A DNA stretch of 35,624 nucleotides from an uncultured Actinomycetes bacterium (GTDB taxonomy: Bacteria > Actinomycetota > Thermoleophilia > RBG-16-64-13), in assembly GCA_963706025.1 (NCBI GenBank), contig CAVPLM010000029.1:1-35624 (forward strand), written 5' to 3'. This document shows, piece by piece, positions 1 to 9,349 of this stretch. The position numbers were made by a program, and so were the translations under genes. How positions within the stretch are numbered: the first letter of the stretch is position 1; each line of letters starts with the position of its first letter. The notes under the pieces were generated by a model. The model did no database searches. It was given only the letters and a program-made list of their open reading frames with translations, and had not been told where the DNA came from.

Positions 1-2
1 TC

Positions 3-62
3 GGCAAGCTCGCCGACATCTACTTTGCCAGCTTGCCGAACGTTTTCCAGAGCCAGCGATGA
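3..62 (+). CDS. 3' end of a CDS entering from the left edge (unknown product)
   Basis: Open frame GKLADIYFASLPNVFQSQR-TGA with GC3-rich codons; truncated by the window edge. Confidence 0.5.
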   Translation, partial: GKLADIYFASLPNVFQSQR

Positions 63-203
63 AAGGCGTGGAAGGACTGCACGGGCTCTGGGTCGCCGGG
101 GAGGACCGTAGGGCAAGGTCGTGGTGGGTCAGGAACTCATCAATCATCGGCCGGCCGGCCACGCAAGTACGTTCCCTCCTGCTGGCTTGCTTCTGGCGGT
201 GTC

Positions 204-644
204 TCAGGGCTGATAGGCCTCCACGGGAAGCCCCGCATCCAGCCAGGCCCGGATACCGCCCTCGATGTTGTACACCTCCACGAAGCCCAGCCTGACCAGC
301 GACTCGGAGGCCGTTCGACTGCGGTTGCCGGTTCTGCAGATCACGTACACCGGCTTGTCTTTCGCCAGTTCGGCGGGGGCTCGTTCCTCGATTTGGCCCA
401 GAGGGATGAGCAGGGCTCTTAGGGGAACCCCCGTTGATTCCCATTCCTCGGGCTCGCGCACATCCACCAACTGCGCCTCTGGGTCGGCGCTCAAGTTCTC
501 GTAGGCTGTCTCAACGTCGATCGTCGCGTATGGGGCCGGAGGAACAACGGAGGACGCGTTCTCTGGGTCGGAGCAGCCGCCGGCCGCTGATCCCAACAGC
601 AACACACAGACCAAGACGCCGAGTAGATACGGTCTAGTTCGCAT
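204..644 (-). CDS. Rhodanese-like domain lipoprotein (single-domain sulfurtransferase)
   Basis: LVDVREPEEW and VICRTGNRS (active-site Cys loop), IEGGIRAW..AGLP. The N-terminus MRTRPYLLGVLVCVLLLGSAAGGC is a signal peptide with a lipobox-like AGGC. ATG at 644 preferred over 662. Confidence 0.88.
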   Translation of the reverse strand: MRTRPYLLGVLVCVLLLGSAAGGCSDPENASSVVPPAPYATIDVETAYENLSADPEAQLVDVREPEEWESTGVPLRALLIPLGQIEERAPAELAKDKPVYVICRTGNRSRTASESLVRLGFVEVYNIEGGIRAWLDAGLPVEAYQP

Positions 645-726
645 GCAGCCACAATGGGACATAATCTTCGTTGTGTCCAGGGCTTGTCGAATCGGCCGGG
701 CCGCGAGCTGGAGTGAGGTGCTCTAC

Positions 727-1101
727 ATGGCAGAGAGATCCACGGTCGCCTCCATCGATGACTACATAGCGGGCTTTCCCCCCGAAACGCAGAGGGTGCT
801 GGAGGACGTGCGGGCGGTCATAAGGGCGGCAGCGCCCTCAGCAGCCGAGAGGATCAGCTACGCCATCCCTACGTTCGACCTAAACGGGCGTCATCTAGTG
901 CATTTCGCGGCCTATGCGAAGCATATCGGCTTCTATCCTGTCACGGTCAGTGTTGCGGAGGCTTTTGAGGAAGAACTCCAGCCCTACAAGCGGGGGAAAG
1001 GCTCGGTGCAGTTCCCTCTCAGCCGGCCAATGCCCCTGGATCTTGTGCGCCGTATGGTCGAGTTCAGGGTCGAAGAGGAAACGGGCAAGGCCTCGAAATA
1101 G
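727..1101 (+). CDS. DUF1801 / YdhG-like (iron chaperone-like) protein
   Basis: SIDDYIAGFP, ERISYAIPTF, HFAAYAKHIGFYP, KGSVQFPLSRPMPLDLV. SD GAGGTG upstream of ATG 727. Confidence 0.88.
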   Translation: MAERSTVASIDDYIAGFPPETQRVLEDVRAVIRAAAPSAAERISYAIPTFDLNGRHLVHFAAYAKHIGFYPVTVSVAEAFEEELQPYKRGKGSVQFPLSRPMPLDLVRRMVEFRVEEETGKASK

Positions 1102-1186
1102 GTCTGTGGGCAGGCGGAGTGTGCCGCAGGAGCCGGAACGTTTTGCCCCGTCCTGACTAGAGTCGCAGCGTCCCCACGCCTAGCCG

Positions 1187-1214
1187 TTGACCGCACGGTG
1201 TCTCGGCCTATACT
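1187..1214 (+). promoter_or_regulatory. Sigma70-type promoter
   Basis: TTGACC-16 nt-TATACT, about 65 nt upstream of the CDS at 1281. Confidence 0.65.
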
Positions 1215-1280
1215 TTGAGTGTGGGGAGAAGCCTCCCGGCCGGCGCGGTCTAGGGGACGATGCAGGAAAGGAGCCCTGAA

Positions 1281-1907
1281 ATGGTCGAAGTGAAAGAGAT
1301 GCCGTACAGCGAGAAATACGCCAAAGTCATGGACGCCATCAAGCACGATGACTTCGTCGGAGGATTCATCGAGGAGCACCTGGGTCAGCAGGCTTCCGCC
1401 GAGTATCTGAGCATCTGCGAATCGGGTATCGAGCCGATCCCCGAGGAAGCCTCGCCTGAGCAGAAGTACGAGATCGTCTACAAGAACTGGATGTGGATAT
1501 CCGGCACCGCTTTCGGCTTCGTTCGAGAGCGGATGGGCGAAGAGGGCATGGAGCAGTTAATCAGGGATGACGTCGCGCGTCTCAAACGTGAGAACTCCAG
1601 TGCGTCGCTGTATCTGCTGGCGATGATCAGGGCCTTCTCTCCCGGCTCTGCTTTCGAGATGGTGGCCAAGAAGTCCGCATACGACCTCCAGTACTTGACA
1701 CCCTATTCCGTGGACGAGCTGACGCGGGAGAGGGCTCGGATGACCGTTCCCCGCTGCAAGATACTGGACTACCCCAACACCGAAGACGTCTGCCTTGTGG
1801 GTTGCCAGCAGGTGTACCCTCGGTGGCTGGCGGAGCAGCTCAAGGTGAAGATGGCATTTGACCGGCAGGGTAACAGCTGTACGTTGACCGTCACTCCCCT
1901 ACACTAG
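1281..1907 (+). CDS. Hypothetical protein, probable V4R / ATC-hydrolase-like fold with Cys cluster
   Basis: SD AAGGAG before ATG 1281. C-terminal pattern RC(x11)C(x3)C...GNSCTLTV resembles HNOX/V4R-clan proteins. Confidence 0.6.
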   Translation: MVEVKEMPYSEKYAKVMDAIKHDDFVGGFIEEHLGQQASAEYLSICESGIEPIPEEASPEQKYEIVYKNWMWISGTAFGFVRERMGEEGMEQLIRDDVARLKRENSSASLYLLAMIRAFSPGSAFEMVAKKSAYDLQYLTPYSVDELTRERARMTVPRCKILDYPNTEDVCLVGCQQVYPRWLAEQLKVKMAFDRQGNSCTLTVTPLH

Positions 1908-1962
1908 CTCCGCCCTTGGCGCGGAGGCCGGCGCCTCGGCCGCGCTGCCGCGGCCACCGGGT

Positions 1963-3159
1963 TCAGCGCGAGCGCGCGTACACCGCTTCGGCCGCCTCGG
2001 GACCGCCGGGCTGCACGGCAACCCCCTGAGTCTTGAGGACCGACTCGAGAGCCGTGAGGAAGAGCCGCACGTTGCGCTCGGTCGCCGAGTGACCCTGCAG
2101 TCCCACGCGCCAGACCTTCCCCGCCAGAGGACCTAGTCCCGCGCCGATCTCCAATCCGAACTGCCCGAGGAGCGCCCGGCGGGTGCCGAGGTCGTCGGCT
2201 CCCTCGGGGATACAGACGGAGTTGAGAGAGGCCAGGCGTTCCGCGGGGGGCACCAGCATCTCGAGCCCCATGCCCTCGATGCCCGCGACCAGAGCCTCGT
2301 GATTGAGACGATGCCGGGCGAAACGCGCCTCCAGACCTTCCTCCAGGATGATCCGCAGGGCCTCACGCAACGCGTAGATCATGTTGACAGGCGCCGTGTG
2401 ATGGTACTTCCGTTGTGCTCCCCAGTAATCGCCCACCATGGTCAGATCGAGGTACCAGGAGGGCACCTTGTTCTTGCGCGCCAACATCGTCGCCACCGCT
2501 TTGTCGTTGAACGAAAGTGGAGCCAGTCCGGGGGGGCAGGACAGGCACTTCTGCGTGCCGCTGAAAGCCAGGTCTATCCCCCGGGCGTCGAGGGCCACCT
2601 CGACCCCACCCAGGGAGGTGACGCAGTCCAACATCATGAGGGCCCCATGCTCTTTGGCGATCGCCACGATGTCGGGCAGCGGCTGACACACGCCGGTGGA
2701 GGTCTCGGCGTGGACGACGGCTACGATCTTGGGCCGCTTGCCTTTCAAGGCCTCCGCCACTGCCTCGGGCTGGGCCGCCCGGCCCCACTCTACCTCGACG
2801 GGGATGACCTCCGCCCCCAGCCGGCCGGCGCAGTCGACCATGCGGCTGCCGAACACCCCGTTGACCACCACGGCCACCTGGTCCCCAGGTTCCACCAAAT
2901 TGACGAAACAGGCTTCCATCCCGGCGCTGCCGGTGCCCGATACCGGTATGGTGAGCGTGTTCTCGGTCTGAAACACGGCCCTGAGCAGGGTCTGGGTCTC
3001 CGTCATCAGCTCGAGGAAGTCCGGGTCCAGGTGCCCCAGGGTGGGCGCGGCCATGGCGCGCAGCACCCGCGGGGGCACGTCGCTCGGTCCGGGACCCATC
3101 AGCACGCGGACCGCCGGGTCGAGATCGTGATAATCGTAGATGTTCAGCCCCTCGGGCAT
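1963..3159 (-). CDS. Alanine-glyoxylate / serine-pyruvate aminotransferase family (class V PLP)
   Basis: LMGPGPS, SGTGSAGMEA, HAETSTGV, DCVTSLGG, SGTQKCLSCPPGL (PLP Lys), YHHTAP. SD GAGGAGG before ATG 3159. Confidence 0.95.
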   Translation of the reverse strand: MPEGLNIYDYHDLDPAVRVLMGPGPSDVPPRVLRAMAAPTLGHLDPDFLELMTETQTLLRAVFQTENTLTIPVSGTGSAGMEACFVNLVEPGDQVAVVVNGVFGSRMVDCAGRLGAEVIPVEVEWGRAAQPEAVAEALKGKRPKIVAVVHAETSTGVCQPLPDIVAIAKEHGALMMLDCVTSLGGVEVALDARGIDLAFSGTQKCLSCPPGLAPLSFNDKAVATMLARKNKVPSWYLDLTMVGDYWGAQRKYHHTAPVNMIYALREALRIILEEGLEARFARHRLNHEALVAGIEGMGLEMLVPPAERLASLNSVCIPEGADDLGTRRALLGQFGLEIGAGLGPLAGKVWRVGLQGHSATERNVRLFLTALESVLKTQGVAVQPGGPEAAEAVYARSR

Positions 3160-3229
3160 CCTTGGCCTCCTCAATGGCTGTATGCAGCGACCAGCTGCCG
3201 TTTCACTCGTAGCCTCGTTCAAGCTTCGC

Positions 3230-3239
3230 TAAGATAGCA
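3230..3239. promoter_or_regulatory. Overlapping divergent -10 elements
   Basis: TAAGAT on + (3230-3235) overlaps extended -10 TG-C-TATCTT on - (3239-3231) in the 114-nt spacer between divergent genes. Confidence 0.4.
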
Positions 3240-3273
3240 GGCAGGCGAGCCGGCGTTACGGGAAGCAGGGGTA

Positions 3274-4764
3274 GTGACCGAAACGTTGCTGAAAGAACTG
3301 CGGGCCATCGTTGGGCGAGAGAACGTGCTCGACAGGATGGTCGACCTTCAGACCTACGAATACGACGCGTACTTGGAGCGGTCTCTGCCCTTGGCCGTGG
3401 TGTTCGTGCATTCCACGGCGGAAGTCTCCGCGGTGGTCAAACTGCTCTCCCGCGAGGGAGTCCGGATCGTGCCGCGCGGCGGCGGCACCAATCTCAGCGG
3501 GGGAGCCATCGCTCTCGAAGACGCGGTGGTCCTGGAGATGGGCCGCATGAGCAAGATCCTCGAGATCGACCTTCCCAATCAGCGTATGGTGGTCCAGCCG
3601 GGCATCTTCAACCTCGACATCTCGACCGCGCTCTCGCCCCTCGGCTACTACTACGCCCCCGATCCCGCCAGTCAGAAGGCCTGCTCCCTGGGTGGCAACA
3701 TCGCCGAGAACGCGGGCGGGCCTCACTGCTTCAAGTACGGGGTGACGTCGAACCACGTGCTGGGGATCGAAGTAGTGCTGCCCGACGGCGAGGTCGTCTG
3801 GCTGGGAGGAAAGAGTCCTGACCTTCCCGGCCTCGATCTGACCGGGGTCTTCGTGGGTAGCGAAGGGACCCTGGGGGTAGTCACGGCTGCGTTTCTGCGC
3901 ATTCTCAAGAAACCCGAGGCGGTCAAGACCCTGCTGGCCGTCTGCGGTTCGCTCGAAGAAGGAGGGCAGGTGGTCTCGGCCATCGTGGCCGCCGGGCTGG
4001 TCCCGGCCACCTTGGAGATGATGGACAACAGCACCATCAACGCCATCGAGGACGCTATGGCCTGCGGCTTTCCCCGGGACGCCGCCGCGGTGCTCCTCAT
4101 CGAGCTCGACGGACTGAGCGACGGCATGGAGGAGACGGCCGAGCAGATCGTGGCCATCTGCCGGGCCAACGGCGTGCAGGACGTGCGGGTGGCCCGGGAC
4201 GAGGCGGAGAGGGCCGCGCTCTGGAAGGGGCGCAAGGGCGCCTTCGGAGCTATCTCCCGCCTCGCCCCGAACTACCTGGTCGCAGATGGCACCGTGCCCC
4301 GGACCGAGCTGCCGGAGGCGCTTCGCCGAGTCGCTGAGATCGGGAGGCGGTACGACCTGCAGGTGGCGAGCGTTTTCCATGCCGGCGACGGCAACCTGCA
4401 TCCGCTTCTGCTCTTCGACAGCCGTAACGAGGAAGACAAGAAGAAGGTGATGGCTGCCGGCATGGAGGTCCTGCAGGTCTGCGCCGACCTCGGCGGGACG
4501 GTGAGCGGCGAGCACGGCATCGGCATCGAGAAGCTCGAGGCCATGCATCTGGTGTTCGACGACAACGATCTGCGGGCCCAGCGCTTCGTCAAAGAGGCCT
4601 TCGATCCGCAGGGTCTCTGCAACCCGGGGAAGGTACTGCCCGGCCCGGGCGCGCCGGCCCCGCCGGCCGCGGCGGCCGAGCCGGCGCAGGGAGCTCGCGA
4701 ACGGGCGAGCCGCGCGCGGCTCGGCGAGCGCCGCCCGGGACCTAAGACCACGGTCGCTGTCTAG
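3274..4764 (+). CDS. glcD: FAD-linked oxidase, glycolate oxidase subunit GlcD-like
   Basis: PRGGGTNLSGGA, YAPDPASQKACSLGGNIAENAGGPHCFKYGVT, GSEGTLG, HAGDGNLHP, SGEHGIGIEK, NPGKV. Low-complexity Pro/Ala tail. Confidence 0.88.
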   Translation: MTETLLKELRAIVGRENVLDRMVDLQTYEYDAYLERSLPLAVVFVHSTAEVSAVVKLLSREGVRIVPRGGGTNLSGGAIALEDAVVLEMGRMSKILEIDLPNQRMVVQPGIFNLDISTALSPLGYYYAPDPASQKACSLGGNIAENAGGPHCFKYGVTSNHVLGIEVVLPDGEVVWLGGKSPDLPGLDLTGVFVGSEGTLGVVTAAFLRILKKPEAVKTLLAVCGSLEEGGQVVSAIVAAGLVPATLEMMDNSTINAIEDAMACGFPRDAAAVLLIELDGLSDGMEETAEQIVAICRANGVQDVRVARDEAERAALWKGRKGAFGAISRLAPNYLVADGTVPRTELPEALRRVAEIGRRYDLQVASVFHAGDGNLHPLLLFDSRNEEDKKKVMAAGMEVLQVCADLGGTVSGEHGIGIEKLEAMHLVFDDNDLRAQRFVKEAFDPQGLCNPGKVLPGPGAPAPPAAAAEPAQGARERASRARLGERRPGPKTTVAV

Positions 4765-4812
4765 CGGGTAGCCGGCGGGTCGAGCCGGTCGGATGCGGCT
4801 GAGGGAGGTGTC

Positions 4813-5792
4813 TTGAGGTCGTCTCGTTATCTGCCGATGGTCGCGCTGGGTCTCCTTGCCCTCATCTGGGGGTACACGTGGGTGCCCCTCAAGATAGGCG
4901 TCGGCGTATTGCGAACCCTTCACGTTCGCTGCGCTGCGCACGCTTCCCGGCGGGCTCTTGCTTCTGGGGCTCGCGCGCGCTACTCAGGCACCCGCTGCGT
5001 CCGAAGGAGGTCAGACTCACTGCGCTCCTCGGCATTCTCCAGACCGGCGGTTTCGTGGGCCTGACTGTCGCCGCCCTGGTGACCGGGGGGGCCGGTCGCA
5101 CCGCCCTCCTTGCGAACACCTGGCAGTTCTGGATCCTTCTGATGGCGTGGCCGATCCTCGGTGAGACGCTGCACGGATCGCAATGGCTTTCGCTAGGGCT
5201 GGCGCTGGGTGGTCTGGTTCTGATAATCGAGCCCTGGAACCTGCAGAGCATTACAAGTGGCCTGCTGGCCCTGGCCGGGGCGGTATGCTGGGCTGCTGGT
5301 TCCATCGTGGCCAAGGTGATCCGGCGTCGCCAAGAGGTCGACCTGCTTTCGTTGACGGGCTGGCAGACCCTCTTCGGGTCGATCGTGCTGCTTTTGGTAG
5401 CCGTTCTCGTCGAAAGTGACGCACCGGAGTGGTCGTCCGAGTTCCTTTGGTCGTACCTCTACACCCTGGTCATGGCCACCTGCGTGGCATCCTTCATGTG
5501 GCTCTACGTCTTGCGCGAGATGCCGGCCGGCATCGCGGGTCTGGGGACGATGGCTACCCCGGTCGTGGGTCTGCTCGCCTCCTGGGCGCAGCTGGGCGAG
5601 CAGCCGACTGTCCCCGAGATCGTCGGGATGATCGTGATCCTGGCCGGGATGGCGATCCTCTTCGCCCGGGGCATGAAGAGCACCGCTCCCGTTCCCGTGG
5701 GCGGACTCGCAAACGGGGAGGGGAACCTAGTCTCGGATGCGGATCAGGGCCACGGAGAGCCGGTCCTCCCTGACGAGGCAGGTAAGGGATGA
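4813..5792 (+). CDS. EamA/DMT family transporter (two apparent +1 frameshifts near 4903 and 4975)
   Basis: Joined frames give MRSSRYLPMVALGLLALIWGYTWVPLKIGV/YCEPFTFAALRTLPGGLLLLGLA/ALLRHPLRP... with about 10 hydrophobic helices, WPILGE and LGEQP. SD GAGGGAGG before TTG 4813. Confidence 0.88.
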
Positions 5793-5811
5793 CGGGGGGC
5801 GAGAGGGGGGT

Positions 5812-7389
5812 CTATTTCAGATCCAGGGGCAGCGGTTGCGGCATGGTGAGCCACACGCCGTAGAGCACGCGGGAGGCGTGACCCCGTGTGGCCTCTGACC
5901 ACGGGTCGAACCGGCCCGGGGACTTGCCGTCGACCAGATCGTTGTAGTGCGCCCAGTTGACGAACGAAAGGTCGAGGGGCAACACATCGGCGAACCCGGC
6001 GTCATACCCAGGCGGAGGCGGACTCAGCCAGTCCTGAGCTGCCCGCACCACCATCCTCACCAACTGGATGCGGGTGACGGTGTCGGCGGGCCGGAACGTC
6101 CCATCGGGGAATCCCTCCACGATCCCGGCCCGCGTGGCTTCGCCGATGAAATCGGCCGTCTCATCGGAGACCGCCCCTATGTCCGTGTAGACCGGTCGCG
6201 GATCCGGTTCCGGCGTATGCGCGCCAAGCAGGCGCACGAGCATCGTGGCCAGTTGCGCTCTCGTGATGGGCGCGTAGGGTCTGAACGTATGGTCGGGGAA
6301 TCCACTGACTATGCCCAGGCGGGCCAGGGTCTCGATGGGTTCGCGGAATATGTGATCGAAAGGCACGTCCACGAACAACGGGATCCACGGTCCGGAGGCC
6401 GTGAGGAAATCGGCGGATACCGGTACCTCCACAGGCACGCCGTCTGTGGCGCGGGCCTCCCTGGTCACGACGACCGTATAGATCGTCTCGCCAAGTAGCG
6501 GGTCGTTCGGGTCGATCACCGCCGTGCGGGTCTCAGCGTTGTAGAAGACCATGATGGGCACCGGATAAGGGGGCCACGGAGGGGGCATCCAGTCAGGGTC
6601 GAGTGTGGAGTCCACCTTCCAACCCGGTCGATCGTCTATGAACCAGATCGGCCCTCCGTATAGTTGCACCCCGCCCTGGCGGAGGGACTGGATGTCCATG
6701 TCACGGTCGAAGGTGATGCGGATGTTGGTATCCACCGGAACGTCGGCAGCTCCATCCGGGGGATCGAAGGCGGTCACTTCAGGGGCCGGGCCCACGTCGC
6801 CCACGGTGATCTGAGTCTCGAGATAGCTCGGCGACGGCTCGATGGTGTCTCCGTCCGGCAGCTGCGCCTGTGCGCCCTCTCCCCTTACAGGTGTGAACCA
6901 GGGTCCTTGCCAGGTCATGTAGCCCACCCGGTACACCCCGGTACGTTCGGCCGCGGTGATCTGGGCGAAGAAGCGAACGGTTGTGCCTTCCGACACAACA
7001 TCCTTGACCGGCCCGAATGCCTGCCAGGCATAGCCTGGCGGCGCAGGCTGGAGCGTTTCGTATTGCCGCTCCTCGTCAGGCCCTGAAGCTCCGAGGCTGA
7101 TCTTCTGCCCGCCGTCCAACTGGTAAGTGACGGACCGGACCTCCCAGTCCTCCGGTACCAGAACTCCCAGCCGTATCCAGGTTTTCCCATCGGTGGGTAC
7201 CGCGGCCGCGTCTTTCTCCAGAGGGTAGGGCCGCGGCTGATCATGACCGACTGCATTCACAACCGCGGAGAAGGTGGCGCCGGGTTGGATCTTCTCCGGT
7301 TGCTCGACGGAAACGAGTTCCACCCAAGCGAAGAGCATGATGGGCATGGCCGCCAGGGCGATGGCGGCAACGAGCCTCTGCGGGCTCAT
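5812..7389 (-). CDS. Secreted S-layer homology (SLH) domain protein with Ig-like (SbsA/Big_5) domain
   Basis: Signal peptide; Ig-like segment APEVTAFDPPDGAADVPVDTNIRITFDRDMD...IDPNDPLLGETIYTVVV; three SLH repeats (GIVSGFPDHTFRPYAPITRAQ, GIVEGFPDGTFRPADTVTRIQ, DLVDGKSPGRFDPWSEATRGH). Confidence 0.9.
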   Translation of the reverse strand: MSPQRLVAAIALAAMPIMLFAWVELVSVEQPEKIQPGATFSAVVNAVGHDQPRPYPLEKDAAAVPTDGKTWIRLGVLVPEDWEVRSVTYQLDGGQKISLGASGPDEERQYETLQPAPPGYAWQAFGPVKDVVSEGTTVRFFAQITAAERTGVYRVGYMTWQGPWFTPVRGEGAQAQLPDGDTIEPSPSYLETQITVGDVGPAPEVTAFDPPDGAADVPVDTNIRITFDRDMDIQSLRQGGVQLYGGPIWFIDDRPGWKVDSTLDPDWMPPPWPPYPVPIMVFYNAETRTAVIDPNDPLLGETIYTVVVTREARATDGVPVEVPVSADFLTASGPWIPLFVDVPFDHIFREPIETLARLGIVSGFPDHTFRPYAPITRAQLATMLVRLLGAHTPEPDPRPVYTDIGAVSDETADFIGEATRAGIVEGFPDGTFRPADTVTRIQLVRMVVRAAQDWLSPPPPGYDAGFADVLPLDLSFVNWAHYNDLVDGKSPGRFDPWSEATRGHASRVLYGVWLTMPQPLPLDLK

Positions 7390-7506
7390 AGCGGTCCTCC
7401 CTTCAGACCGACCAGGTGACCAACGGTGCGACGCGAAGCCTCTTGTAGCAGTTCCGTGGGCCCCGGTGACTTCCTCCTGATAGTGTAGCTGGTCTGCCGG
7501 CGCCGG

Positions 7507-8656
7507 CTAGGCATACTTATCGAGCCCCAGATGTCGGTGCAGCTCGAGAAACGAGCGCGGTCCCATGTCGAGGAGCGTACGAAGATACGCAAAGCCCTCG
7601 TAGGGAAGCGAATATCGTTCCAGGCCGGGCTCCGTGCATCCGGCGCATTCGGGCGATCTCCCGACCCGCGCACGGATGCTTCGCGCCTCTCCGGAAGTGA
7701 AGAGCGTGGCTACGGGTACGCTCCCGATGTTCCCCGCCGATTCCGCGAACAGCGGGCACAAGAAGATCTCTCCGTTACTACGAACGAAGAAGTAGTTGAA
7801 GCCACAGGAGCACGGTTTCTTCATGCGCCCGGTTCGAAGGTACCCGGCCAGCGTCTTGGCGTGGTAGCTCCACTTGAAGTCCGGGCTCTCGTAGAACGCG
7901 GCCAAACGGTCCCGTTCGGTGGCGGACAGAGCGAGGTCTTGCGCCCGGTCCGGATTGAGGTAGCGACCTGGCGTGACGATGGCCGGAGATATGATGGTGA
8001 ACAGATCCCGCTCTCGGGCGTACTGCGCGATCTTCTCCAACTCGCCCACGTTCTGCGGCATCACCGTGGTCTTGAACCCGATGATCAGGTGCGGATTGCT
8101 GCTCCGCAGTTCGATGAGCCCGGTGATCGTCTGGCCGACGCAGGCCCAGGCCCCCTCGTAGCGTCGGATCTGGTCGTGTAGGTCGCCCACGGCATCGAGG
8201 GCACATACCATGACCAGGTCGAGTCCGCTCTTTCTCATCGGCTCGAGCATCTCGGCGACCATGTTCACCACACGCTCGTTCAGAACCCCGTTCGTGGTGA
8301 TCGCGATGGACCGGAGTCGTCTCAGATGAGTCCGCTTCAAGTCGCAGACGGCACGGACAAGGGAGACCAGGTCGTCTCGGAGGAACGGCTCCCCGCCTGT
8401 GATGTCCAACTCCCTCAGATCGCGTGAGAAGATCGCTCGAGAGGAGCTCGACCCACTCCCTCAGGGGCAGATCGGGCACCGACTCGGGTATCTTCCAGAT
8501 GTTGCACATGCGGCAGCGGCACACGCACTCATGGGTCACCTCCAGGCTGATCGCCTGCGGTCTCCCTGGCATGCCCATCAGTCTGAGGTAGCGGTGGCGA
8601 AGACCGTTCCGCACCAGCTTGGCGGCGATCATCGTCGTGGGGAGTAGTTCCGTCAT
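7507..8656 (-). CDS. Radical SAM protein with C-terminal SPASM/Twitch-like domain (+1 frameshift near 8424)
   Basis: CVCRCRMC (CxxxCxxC) in ORF 7778-8707, then DITGGEPFLR, ITTNG and CSCG...NGEIFLCP...CAGC in ORF 7507-8409. ATGA overlap with the upstream methyltransferase stop. Confidence 0.88.
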
Positions 8657-9321
8657 GGTCCCCATGAGCCCAAAACGGGGCCCTCCGCCTTCTGCACCAG
8701 ATAGCACTTGGCTCGTAGGCTATCTCTCTTCGTACGATCCATGAAGACGGTGAACGGGAGGCTTCGCAATAGTATGAAGCCGAACCCATCGGTCCATTCA
8801 TCGATCTGCCGGCTGCTGTGGCGGTACATCGTCACCGGTTCGCCGGTGCCGGTGTGCTCGGGCCCCACCACGAATTCGAAGTCTTCATCCTCAGTGCGGT
8901 CCCCGATCTCGAAGACGAACGTACCTCTCGTCCTAAGAAGGCGCGCGGCCTCGGCGAACACGGGAGACAGGTCGCTGAAGAAGTTGAGCACTCCCAGGCA
9001 GACGGCGTGATCGAAGCTCTCCGAAGCATATGGGTAGGGAGTCGTGGAAAGGTCATGGCGCGTGAGGTCGGCAAACCCCTTCATCCGGCAAGCCTCGAGC
9101 ATGTTCTCTGAGATATCCATACCGTACACACGCAGCCCAGCTTTGCGAAAGAGGACCGATGCCAACCCGGTCCCTATGCCGATATCGAGGATCGACTGAC
9201 CCGGCCGGATATGCTCGTAGACCATGCTGAAGGCGAGTTCCGGCCCCAGCCACCCCGTTGCCTCTGCCTCCTTGTCATAGGCTTCGGCCATCTCGCGGAT
9301 CTGCTCATCGTCCGGAGGCAT
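8653..9321 (-). CDS. Class I SAM-dependent methyltransferase
   Basis: ILDIGIGTG motif I, GMDISENML, ESFDHAVCLGVL. Confidence 0.92.
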   Translation of the reverse strand: MPPDDEQIREMAEAYDKEAEATGWLGPELAFSMVYEHIRPGQSILDIGIGTGLASVLFRKAGLRVYGMDISENMLEACRMKGFADLTRHDLSTTPYPYASESFDHAVCLGVLNFFSDLSPVFAEAARLLRTRGTFVFEIGDRTEDEDFEFVVGPEHTGTGEPVTMYRHSSRQIDEWTDGFGFILLRSLPFTVFMDRTKRDSLRAKCYLVQKAEGPVLGSWGP

Positions 9322-9349
9322 CTGGCGTCTTCATCCCTTAAGAGCTGCC

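Noticed and set aside
2299-3237. 312-aa plus-strand ORF
   Set aside because: Antisense to the clearly conserved aminotransferase.
3256-4941. 561-aa minus-strand ORF
   Set aside because: Antisense shadow of glcD; no motifs; long shadow ORFs are expected at high GC3.
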